The notes under the pieces: generated by a model
Told to the model about the DNA's origin: nothing
Database searches by the model: none
The model's input: only the letters and a program-made list of their open reading frames with translations
Translations under genes and position numbers: made by a program
DNA from: a virus
Taxonomy: Duplodnaviria; Caudoviricetes
Length of the DNA: 38,811 bases
Strand: one strand, 5' to 3'
Virus record (IMG/VR): IMGVR_UViG_3300008255_000238
Coordinates: 1 to 38,811 of that record
In this document: one piece after another, positions 1-7,236 of the stretch
Layout of the letters: every line of letters starts with the position of its first letter
How positions within the stretch are numbered: the first letter of the stretch is position 1

Positions 1-71
1 GTACCACTGGTTGCCGGAGACGGCGCAACTGAGATAGGAACCCTTGAAAGATCGGTATGAATGCGTGTCAT
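1..71 (-). CDS. N-terminus of a gene running off the left edge (MTRIHTDLSRVPISVAPSPATSG...), probable late/structural protein
   Basis: ATG at 71 lies 6 nt downstream of the -10 box of the repeated TTGCCT promoter; frame is open to position 1. Confidence 0.6.
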   Translation of the reverse strand, partial: MTRIHTDLSRVPISVAPSPATSG

Positions 72-77
72 ACCTCA

Positions 78-107
78 ATGATAAAGTAGAAAACTATGTT
101 AAGGCAA
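78..107 (-). promoter_or_regulatory. Repeated late-type promoter, copy 1 (TTGCCT-N18-TATCAT-N6-ATG)
   Basis: Shares TTGCCTTAACATAG with three other copies; the -35 overlaps the last codons (TTG CCT TAA) of the upstream GT gene. Confidence 0.7.
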
Positions 108-1748
108 GAGATATTTTATATTATCCCATCCGGGAACAGTAGTACTTTCGGTCCACCCTTGAGTAAATCTTTGATTTCTGAATTGATCCTTTCTCCATCT
201 TGAAGGAGTGAGATTCCCTTCATGGCGAATATCAATATTAGGATATTTTGATTGATAACTATCTGAAGTAAGATCATCAACTCGCTCAGCTCTGTGATGT
301 GTTCCCGGCTCAAAACCCATTGCTCGAACATACTTTCCATAATCCTCCACTCCATCCTCAACTAAACGAACCGAAAGGAGTCGCACGCGCTCCCGATAGT
401 GCTTTATAAGCGTTTCTCGGTAAGCACACAAACCACTCAACTGCTGAAGTCCGTTCACATACAACGCATGGCCATCTGATGCCCTCACTCTCCAAACGTT
501 TGTATTGTAATAAATCACATCCATTCGAGGAGGAACAAAATCAAAGTGTGATGGATGATAGAGAACATCATGCTCACAAAAGAATATAACTTCAGCTTTG
601 GAAGCCTCAAGTCCTGCAAGGATCTGCTTTGCCATTGTTAAATATCCCGGAGCCTCATTCAAAACAATATTATGACCGAATTTAATTGACTTGAGTGAAA
701 CACTTACGATATGCTTCTCTTTGATTCCCTTCTTAATTTGACTGCGACACGATTCAAGTATTTTTTCATCCCCTTCATTATGCGTGTAGTACACAACGCC
801 CTTCGATGGCTTTGCCTTTGCTTCCTTCACCTCATAGTCCCATTCTGGGACCGGAGCAAATTTATTGAGAAGCCATTTGAGATCGTGTATCTTGTTTGGA
901 TTGTCCCATTTATTCTCAAGAAATAATTCTCGAGAATACTTTCGTGCTTTGTCAACATCAGATCCGGAAAGAGGAAAGCTGAATCCAAAGTCTCCTCCTT
1001 GAGTCCGGAACATATGCGAATACCACGTTTTCTTATTCACCATCACCTCACCACCTGAAAGCCATGTCTTGCACGCCACCTCGACGCCTTGCTGACCCCA
1101 TGATCCATGAGCCTCGTCACATATGTCAAGCGCCCAATATCTCTCGCGTGTGAGCATAAAACATGAGCCCTGAAGCGATAGAGTTGGAGCAACGTCCGGC
1201 TTTCCTTCCGGTCTATTATTAAAGTCTCCCCAATATTTGAAATGAAGAGTCTTGTCGAAGCGATAGAACGTTGAACGACGAGTCCAGCGTGGTTCCATTT
1301 TTATATCTCGCTTTACAGGCTTTCCGCATTGTAAACAACCTTTCTTTGGTGTTGGTCCTTGATATTGTCTGTGACCATTCTCACAAAGCCAATCGAATGC
1401 ATGGAGATTGTAGAGCATAGGAACCATCGTATAATGATCTTTCATCTCTGCCATCATCTTGACATCAAATCCTTCATCGACCATACAATGCGCATCGATC
1501 TTCATCACATACTTTGCTTGAGATAGTCGAACGCCTTCATTCTGAGCTCCACGTTGACCAATTGAAGTATTGTGATAAATTACAGTTACATTTGGAGCAT
1601 CAGGAACGCCGGGATTTGCCCATTCACCATCAAGAATGACGATGATTTCAGTTTTTCCTCTGATATTTTTGAGTATATTCTCAACTGTGAGAGAAAGAAA
1701 CATTTCATTCCGCGCGGGGATAATGATGGAGAGGTCATAATTTACCAT
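99..1748 (-). CDS. Two-domain GT-A glycosyltransferase: N-terminal GT2/GT27 (ppGalNAc-T)-like domain with Zn-ribbon-like insert, plus a C-terminal second GT-A domain
   Basis: LSIIIPARNE start, DAHC (DxH) metal motif, WGQQGVEVACKTWLSGG...SHMFR motif; CENGH...CLQC insert; C-terminal VIFFCEHDVLY motif. Confidence 0.85.
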   Translation of the reverse strand: MVNYDLSIIIPARNEMFLSLTVENILKNIRGKTEIIVILDGEWANPGVPDAPNVTVIYHNTSIGQRGAQNEGVRLSQAKYVMKIDAHCMVDEGFDVKMMAEMKDHYTMVPMLYNLHAFDWLCENGHRQYQGPTPKKGCLQCGKPVKRDIKMEPRWTRRSTFYRFDKTLHFKYWGDFNNRPEGKPDVAPTLSLQGSCFMLTRERYWALDICDEAHGSWGQQGVEVACKTWLSGGEVMVNKKTWYSHMFRTQGGDFGFSFPLSGSDVDKARKYSRELFLENKWDNPNKIHDLKWLLNKFAPVPEWDYEVKEAKAKPSKGVVYYTHNEGDEKILESCRSQIKKGIKEKHIVSVSLKSIKFGHNIVLNEAPGYLTMAKQILAGLEASKAEVIFFCEHDVLYHPSHFDFVPPRMDVIYYNTNVWRVRASDGHALYVNGLQQLSGLCAYRETLIKHYRERVRLLSVRLVEDGVEDYGKYVRAMGFEPGTHHRAERVDDLTSDSYQSKYPNIDIRHEGNLTPSRWRKDQFRNQRFTQGWTESTTVPGWDNIKYLLP

Positions 1749-1749
1749 A

Positions 1750-2604
1750 TTATTCTTTCTGTTTTGGTTCTGAGAAGTCTGTATTTATCCAAGTATCATT
1801 CTTTTCGAGAATAGCTCTAGTGATCTCAGGAGTATAACCTGCTGATTCAGCCCATGAGCACCATGCATATATATCTTTTGGAATGCATTTGCTGTTGAAT
1901 CCACGCTTCTCAGGATAGATAAACGTCCACCATAAATTGAAACGAGGATCATCACCGTACACGGCATCTCGAACGGTGTAATAATCTATATTATGAGCTT
2001 GGCATACATCATATAATTCCTGCATCTGAGCCACTTTGAAAGCAATTGCTCGATTCTCAGTAAGTTTGATAATCTCAGCCGCATAATTTGTAACTTGACG
2101 AATATTCACATTTGAATTGAATACTGTTGTGTATAGTTCGATTAGTTTCTCACGATTACTCTTATCTCCGCCAATTATCATAAACGGACTCTTTACAGTA
2201 TCAAGAAGAGGATGCTGAGGAGTTTCACCCAAATATTCAGGTTGCATACAAATATTTTTTTCATACTTTGCTTTTAGAAAGTCACAATCGCCCGGATTCA
2301 TTGTTGATCGTATGACAATAAGATCAGTCTCAAGCCATGCAACAACTTCCTCAACGATTCTTGTATCTAGTTTTGATTGATTAGGGCATGGAGTCGGAAC
2401 ACATACGAAAGCGATATCAGCCTTTTCATTGATTTCTTTTTGCAATGCTTCCTTGTCCTTTTCCCATTGTATTTTATTTCCCTCAACATATTCATCGTCT
2501 GAATCGCGAACAACTCCCGGAGAATAAATAAGAGCATCAGGAAATAATTCCAACATTGCTCCTCCTACCCATCCAAGACCAATTATTGCGACTTGTTTTT
2601 TCAT
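1750..2604 (-). CDS. UDP-glucose/GDP-mannose dehydrogenase family protein (NAD-binding and central domains only)
   Basis: IIGLGWVG Rossmann motif, FVCVPTP, VIRST, PEYL, AEIIKLTEN, D.R, GFNSKCIPKD catalytic Cys motif. Confidence 0.85.
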   Translation of the reverse strand: MKKQVAIIGLGWVGGAMLELFPDALIYSPGVVRDSDDEYVEGNKIQWEKDKEALQKEINEKADIAFVCVPTPCPNQSKLDTRIVEEVVAWLETDLIVIRSTMNPGDCDFLKAKYEKNICMQPEYLGETPQHPLLDTVKSPFMIIGGDKSNREKLIELYTTVFNSNVNIRQVTNYAAEIIKLTENRAIAFKVAQMQELYDVCQAHNIDYYTVRDAVYGDDPRFNLWWTFIYPEKRGFNSKCIPKDIYAWCSWAESAGYTPEITRAILEKNDTWINTDFSEPKQKE

Positions 2605-2921
2605 TTTGCATCCTCCTGCTCAGGAAGAACGATCCAATCAATAGCATTGAGATCACCATCATTGACCAACCATTTGTGATATTCACCTCTTATAAATATT
2701 TGAAGGAATCCTTCAAATAGTAATCCGAAATTATCATTTGTTTCCCATGCAAGGCGAGTAACTCTTTTTTTATTAAGAACCTCACGCATAGCATCGGGAA
2801 ATGATAATTCCTTTGGACCTTTGTTTGGAACCGGAGATGTTTTCAGAGTTGAAAGAGGATCATTTCCCAACATTTCATTTGTAACTGGAGATGTTGGATA
2901 TTTTGGAGTTTGATTATCCAC
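2601..2921 (-). CDS. DUF2829 / Thoeris anti-defence Tad2-like protein
   Basis: LSFPDAMREVLNKKRVTRLAW...WLVNDGDLNAIDWIVL pattern; likely GTG start at 2921 preceded by AAGGAG. Confidence 0.65.
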   Translation of the reverse strand: MDNQTPKYPTSPVTNEMLGNDPLSTLKTSPVPNKGPKELSFPDAMREVLNKKRVTRLAWETNDNFGLLFEGFLQIFIRGEYHKWLVNDGDLNAIDWIVLPEQEDAK

Positions 2922-3087
2922 GTTTAACTCCTTTCGATGGAGAAACTGAAGCATCCATATTGCGTTTTTTATCCATATACTCATCAATAGCTCGGCGAAT
3001 ATGTTCCGATACGGTAAGTTCTTTTTGTTTTTTCAAAAAGACGTTTTGTTCTTGTGTTAAGTAAAAATTCTTTCTAATCATTGTCAT
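2914..3087 (-). CDS. Ribbon-helix-helix DNA-binding protein, 57 aa (not in ORF track)
   Basis: Hand translation MTMIRKNFYLTQEQNVFLKKQKELTVSEHIRRAIDEYMDKK...; RKNFYL strand and SEHIRRAIDEY helix are typical of CopG/RHH; own promoter directly upstream. Confidence 0.75.
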   Translation of the reverse strand: MTMIRKNFYLTQEQNVFLKKQKELTVSEHIRRAIDEYMDKKRNMDASVSPSKGVKRG

Positions 3088-3095
3088 ATACACAC

Positions 3096-3125
3096 ATCAT
3101 ACTTATAAAATATATGTTTTGTCAA
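3096..3125 (-). promoter_or_regulatory. Sigma70-type leaderless promoter TTGACA-N18-TATGAT
   Basis: Near-consensus boxes 8 nt upstream of ATG 3087. Confidence 0.7.
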
Positions 3126-3129
3126 GTCT

Positions 3130-3828
3130 TTATTGATGAATCTTATCTCCGGATCCGGGCTTAACTGTGTATGGTTCCGGCTTCACATAGAACCATGAGC
3201 GAGTATTATCTCTTATGCCAAGAGGCGGCTTTGGATCTGATTTGGAGCCGAGAATGAACAATGGGCGTATGTTGTAGCTCTTGCAATAACCTTCAACAGC
3301 CATCGGAACATGCATCAAATATCCCGGATCATTCCTAAGTATATAGTCATGTCCTGCAACAATTCCGCCCACCTTGACCTTTTTATGCCATTCGGCGATA
3401 TCGTTGACTGTTTGTTGAAATTCGTGATTGCCATCTATGTATACAAAATCAAGAGAGTCATCTCGAAAATCCTTTACAACATCTGTTGAAAATCCTTTTA
3501 TGAGCGTGCATCTTCCATCAAGCATATATCTTGAAAGTCGAGCTTCAGCCTTACGTTTCAATTCATCAACCTTCTCTTGACTCACATGATCCCGATACCC
3601 TTTATATGCGGTCCATGCATCAATTGAATAGAGATCGAGCTTTGGATTTGCTTTGAGAAGTATCTCTGAATAAATACCGGTCTCAACTCCCATCTCAGCC
3701 CCAATATTAAATCCTAGCTCTGCAAGAAGCAAAGCAAATGTATTTCTATTTGTTCCGAGTATTTCAATGACATCCTCATTGAATGAATTTAATCCGTACT
3801 TATCACATATATATCCAAGTGTTTTCAT
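3130..3828 (-). CDS. Class I SAM-dependent methyltransferase (Methyltransf_24-like), possible sugar O-methyltransferase
   Basis: GAEMGVETG motif I, LYSIDAW, SLDFVYIDGNH, VKVGGIVAGHDY; ATGA coupling with the upstream gene gives start 3828. Confidence 0.85.
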   Translation of the reverse strand: MKTLGYICDKYGLNSFNEDVIEILGTNRNTFALLLAELGFNIGAEMGVETGIYSEILLKANPKLDLYSIDAWTAYKGYRDHVSQEKVDELKRKAEARLSRYMLDGRCTLIKGFSTDVVKDFRDDSLDFVYIDGNHEFQQTVNDIAEWHKKVKVGGIVAGHDYILRNDPGYLMHVPMAVEGYCKSYNIRPLFILGSKSDPKPPLGIRDNTRSWFYVKPEPYTVKPGSGDKIHQ

Positions 3829-4724
3829 AGTATTTTTTTGTAGAAATTTGTAATAATAGTCTCCCAATTAAATCGTTCTCTAATTATTGCTTTCTCATCG
3901 TATGATACCCAAAAAGATCCATGATTAAATATCTCCTCGAGATTGTCAATGACCTCTTCCCTTGGTCCTTCCGGTATGAATATAGCAAAATCTCCAAACC
4001 ATTTTCGATAATGAGGACGATCAAATACAATAGGTCTTGCCCCGCACAAAGCCCCCTCAATCACCGGCAATTCAAATCCCTCAACTCTTCGAAGACCTGA
4101 GATGTATTTGCATTGACTCCAATATTCGCCAACCTCTTCATCACTTATGTTTTGACGGCAAACAATATCCGGACCACGGCGAAGTTCGTGTCCTAGAAAA
4201 AACATCTCTCGATCCACTCTCTTTGATGCAAACGCGCATTCGCGAACACCTTCTGCAAGAGCGTGCTGAGAAGTTGCTCCGATTATGAATCTTTTAATTA
4301 CTGATGTCTCTTGAAATACTTCCGGATCAACTCCAAGAGGAGCGTAATAAAATTCAAAAGGAGGATATTCCATCATCTTCACTAAACTGGGATAATCTCC
4401 AAGATCTTCTTTCAGTAATTGAAAAAGATCATAATAACTCCAAACAACCTTTGCTCTTGACCACATATATTGCCAATCGGTCGCTTTTGGACGAATAGTT
4501 GATCTGACCGCATACTGAATCATCGCATATGGTTTTCCCTTCTTCTGAAGCTTATTTGTTTGCCTCTCTATTGCATCATGGCGTCCATATGCATGGATTA
4601 TCTCAAAATCAGATTCAGATTGATTATCAACCACCTGAACGTTACTAGGAGCGTATTTATAGAGTGCATCAACTACACGCATGATTCCTCGAGAGTCTGT
4701 ATCTGGATTAAGGTATAGTTTCAT
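3825..4724 (-). CDS. GT-B fold glycosyltransferase (GT4-like)
   Basis: PLGVDPEVF and EGFELPVIEGALCGARPI (EX7E) motif, terminal RFNWE; ATG 4724 preferred over GTG 4766. Confidence 0.8.
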   Translation of the reverse strand: MKLYLNPDTDSRGIMRVVDALYKYAPSNVQVVDNQSESDFEIIHAYGRHDAIERQTNKLQKKGKPYAMIQYAVRSTIRPKATDWQYMWSRAKVVWSYYDLFQLLKEDLGDYPSLVKMMEYPPFEFYYAPLGVDPEVFQETSVIKRFIIGATSQHALAEGVRECAFASKRVDREMFFLGHELRRGPDIVCRQNISDEEVGEYWSQCKYISGLRRVEGFELPVIEGALCGARPIVFDRPHYRKWFGDFAIFIPEGPREEVIDNLEEIFNHGSFWVSYDEKAIIRERFNWETIITNFYKKIL

Positions 4725-4731
4725 AATTTTT

Positions 4732-4828
4732 TGGGCAAAAAAGTCGGAGTCGAACCGACTACACACAAGTATTTACCGGTTGCTTGTGATCTCCTTTGCA
4801 GGCGAGGTCACCGTGCCTCTCTTTTGCC
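4732..4828 (-). ncRNA. tRNA-like RNA (atypical tRNA or tRNA mimic)
   Basis: Perfect T-arm GTCGG-TTCGACT-CCGAC, acceptor CAAAAGA/TTTTTTG followed by C-CCA, GG-containing D-like hairpin; central part non-canonical; fills the gap between two GT genes. Confidence 0.6.
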
Positions 4829-4829
4829 A

Positions 4830-5726
4830 TTACTTTTTTCTCACTTTCTCAATAAGCTCCGGAGTCCATCCGGGGACCGACATGAATCGTTCAATAAGCC
4901 ATGCAAGATCATGGACTGCACCTTCTAGTCTATTATTGAACCAAAAATCATCACAATATGCATTACCCTCCTGTACCTCTCTTTTATTGAGAAAATACAT
5001 CCGACCATATCTCGGTCCCTTGTGGAGATGTGCATACCATGTTTTTTTGTTTGTTATTACCTTACCACCGAGAAGCCATGTCTTGAGTCCTATTTCCTGA
5101 GCTTCCCGGACAAATGTTCCATATCCAACTTCGCTCATTCCTTTGAGCCGATCTGTGTAATGAGAGCGCGTCATAAACCAACAGGATCCTTGAAAGGTTA
5201 TATTCTCATCAATATCATACTTGGGATCTGTTCTGTCGAGAGCTCTCTGAGTCCAGATGTTTCCTTTTGCTCCATCATCTGCCGGAGAGGATAAGTATTC
5301 ATAGTCAACATCGGGCTTTCCTACATCTTGAATACACCAATTTTCAGCATCGAGGCGCTTCCGGCGAGGAATAACGATCCAATTATCCGGAGAGTTGGTC
5401 ATTTTAGAATAGATATATCCTTCCCTCTGAAGTTTCACATCAAATCCCTCATCAAACATCACATGAGCGTCACATTTCAAAAGATATTGACCTCTTGCAA
5501 TTCTGACTGCAGAGTTTATTACTTCTCGCATACCGCGAGACACACCAAAATGAAGATAATGAACGCGGGGATCCTCAACGATTTCTTCGGCAGGACACCA
5601 ATATCCATCAAGGACCGGAATTACTTCAATAGGACCTTTAGCTTTTGCAAGGATATCTTTTATAGTATGTGAAAGGAAGATCTCATTTCGAGCGGGGATG
5701 ATAATAGATATTAGATTTGTGGTCAT
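4830..5726 (-). CDS. GT2/GT27 (ppGalNAc-T)-like glycosyltransferase, paralogue of the N-domain of 99..1748
   Basis: ISIIIPARNE, CDAHVMFDEGFD, FQGSCWFM, EIGLKTWLLGG...NKKTWYAH. Confidence 0.85.
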   Translation of the reverse strand: MTTNLISIIIPARNEIFLSHTIKDILAKAKGPIEVIPVLDGYWCPAEEIVEDPRVHYLHFGVSRGMREVINSAVRIARGQYLLKCDAHVMFDEGFDVKLQREGYIYSKMTNSPDNWIVIPRRKRLDAENWCIQDVGKPDVDYEYLSSPADDGAKGNIWTQRALDRTDPKYDIDENITFQGSCWFMTRSHYTDRLKGMSEVGYGTFVREAQEIGLKTWLLGGKVITNKKTWYAHLHKGPRYGRMYFLNKREVQEGNAYCDDFWFNNRLEGAVHDLAWLIERFMSVPGWTPELIEKVRKK

Positions 5727-5768
5727 AATATACTCATATTACCATAATGGGGAACGATTAGTCAACTA

Positions 5769-6674
5769 TTATATGAACGGTGTCGGCGATGGTGATGGGC
5801 TCGTTGAGCTTGAAGGGCTGGCTGATGAGCTAGGTGATACCGATGCCGATGGACTCTTCGATGCCGATGGAGAGACTGATGGACTCGCTGAGCTTGATGG
5901 ACTTACTGAGGCTGATGCCGAGACTGAAGGACTTGATGAGCTCGATGGGCTGGCTGATTTCGATGCGCTAGATGATGCCGAACCTGATGGGCTGATGCTC
6001 CTTGAGGCTGAGCTTGATGGACTGACTGAAGGACTTGATGAGCTCGATGGGCTGGCTGATTTCGATGCTGATCCTGAAGGTGATACTGATGCGCTTGGTG
6101 ATATTGATGGACTCTCAGAAGATGATGGACTGACCGATGTGCTAGGTGATACCGATGCACTAGGTGAATTAGATTGCGACGCACTTGGCGATACCGATGC
6201 TGAGGCTGATACCGATGGACTCTCAGATCCCGATGGACTTACTGATGCACTCGAGGAAAACGATGCACTTGATGAACTTGATGGACTAACTGATGCTGAG
6301 GCTGATGCTGATGGGCTTATGGATGCTGAAGGTGATGGTGAGACTCCGGCTGTATTGCCAACCAATGACCAAACAGCAGAATCTTCATCTCCAATATTTA
6401 CATATAGATTGCGACCAATTTCATCAAGATCTCGAAAGAATGCTCCTTGTTTGAATCCTTCATAACCTGTTGGAAGAGTATTTCCTTCAGCTTCTAAAAT
6501 GTTTCCATCTGAATGGGTTCTGATTACTGCGTTTACTTGATATGGTCCGCGAGCGTCAATGAAAGCTTGCTCAGATGTAGAAAGAAGCCCGCCTGCTGTC
6601 TCTTTAGCGAGAATTTCAGTAAGCCTGAGCTGTGTTGCTAATGGTAACGCCGTATTGACTTCGAATATTGCCAT
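5769..6674 (-). CDS. Probable virion/decoration protein with about 190-aa Ser/Pro-rich C-terminal tract
   Basis: Lies downstream of the capsid gene; GAFFRDLD...LYVNIG...W module typical of phage structural proteins, then (SPSxSx)n to the C-terminus. Confidence 0.6.
   Translation of the reverse strand: MAIFEVNTALPLATQLRLTEILAKETAGGLLSTSEQAFIDARGPYQVNAVIRTHSDGNILEAEGNTLPTGYEGFKQGAFFRDLDEIGRNLYVNIGDEDSAVWSLVGNTAGVSPSPSASISPSASASASVSPSSSSSASFSSSASVSPSGSESPSVSASASVSPSASQSNSPSASVSPSTSVSPSSSESPSISPSASVSPSGSASKSASPSSSSSPSVSPSSSASRSISPSGSASSSASKSASPSSSSSPSVSASASVSPSSSASPSVSPSASKSPSASVSPSSSASPSSSTSPSPSPTPFI
5778..6345 (-). repeat. Coding repeat (SPSxSx)n, including an exact 45-bp duplication (5922-5966 = 6024-6068)
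   Basis: Direct reading; serine at alternate positions. Confidence 0.95.
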
Positions 6675-6676
6675 AA

Positions 6677-6823
6677 TTATCTTTGACCGTATTTAGATCG
6701 TAACATTTGTAATTTTCTCAATTCAATCTGCTCTGCGAAGGAGAGATCTCCGGGATGTGCTCGCTGTAATACTAGAAGTCTTTCAACGTCTTTAGATTTC
6801 AATGATCGTTTGTGTGGTTTCAT
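6677..6823 (-). CDS. Hypothetical 48-aa protein (not in ORF track)
   Basis: MKPHKRSLKSKDVERLLVLQRAHPGDLSFAEQIELRKLQMLRSKYGQR; TACAAT 5 nt upstream of ATG; stop 2 nt before the next ATG. Confidence 0.55.
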   Translation of the reverse strand: MKPHKRSLKSKDVERLLVLQRAHPGDLSFAEQIELRKLQMLRSKYGQR

Positions 6824-6882
6824 GTTGTATTGTAATGCAATAAAAAAGCCTTCATTCTATCAAAGCCAAAATATTATTTTTA

Positions 6883-6917
6883 TAAAACTTCAGGCTTTAT
6901 TAAAACTTCAGACTTTA
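6883..6917. repeat. Tandem 17-bp direct repeat TAAAACTTCAG(G/A)CTTTA
   Basis: 6883-6899 and 6901-6917, one mismatch, intergenic. Confidence 0.8.
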
Positions 6918-6921
6918 ATAT

Positions 6922-7194
6922 TTATTTGTTCGATTGTTCTTGTAGGTCTAAAATTCGGCGTACCGAATCTCCACCTGCAACTATTTTCTCTTTCAATTCA
7001 GGATGCTTTACTCCATTTTTGACATAAGCTTCTGCTTGTTTAACGGCTTCCTCACATCCTTTGATATTATCGCCATCTTTGTCTGCATCTCGAAGATCGT
7101 TAAGAGCGGCGAGCAATAATTCCTTTTCAGGAGTCAAAGCCGCATCATTCTCGAGTTCGAATCTTTTTGTTTTTCGTTCGTCTGTAAATGCCAT
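6922..7194 (-). CDS. Hypothetical protein
   Basis: 90-aa ORF directly after the capsid gene, same strand. Confidence 0.7.
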   Translation of the reverse strand: MAFTDERKTKRFELENDAALTPEKELLLAALNDLRDADKDGDNIKGCEEAVKQAEAYVKNGVKHPELKEKIVAGGDSVRRILDLQEQSNK

Positions 7195-7236
7195 GTTTGT
7201 TTAGTTGTTGTAATTATTAAGTGTTCCAGCTATCGA

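Noticed and set aside
4732-4828. Calling the element a standard tRNA-Cys, tRNA-His or tRNA-Sec
   Set aside because: D and anticodon arms cannot both form canonically, and identity elements conflict.
99-5726. Glycan cassette as a DNA hypermodification system
   Set aside because: No hydroxymethylase, TET/JBP, nucleotide kinase or DNA polymerase nearby; location among structural genes and GT27-like motifs favour protein acceptors. Not fully excluded.
5903-6184. Alternative-frame H/Q/R-rich ORFs (also 38341..38706)
   Set aside because: Frame-shifted readings of the same repeats.
5698-6465. Plus-strand D/E/G/L/A-rich ORFs (also 21250..21501, 33967..34284, 37341..37685)
   Set aside because: Antisense shadows of the Ser/Pro tracts, which lack stop codons on the opposite strand; no independent support.
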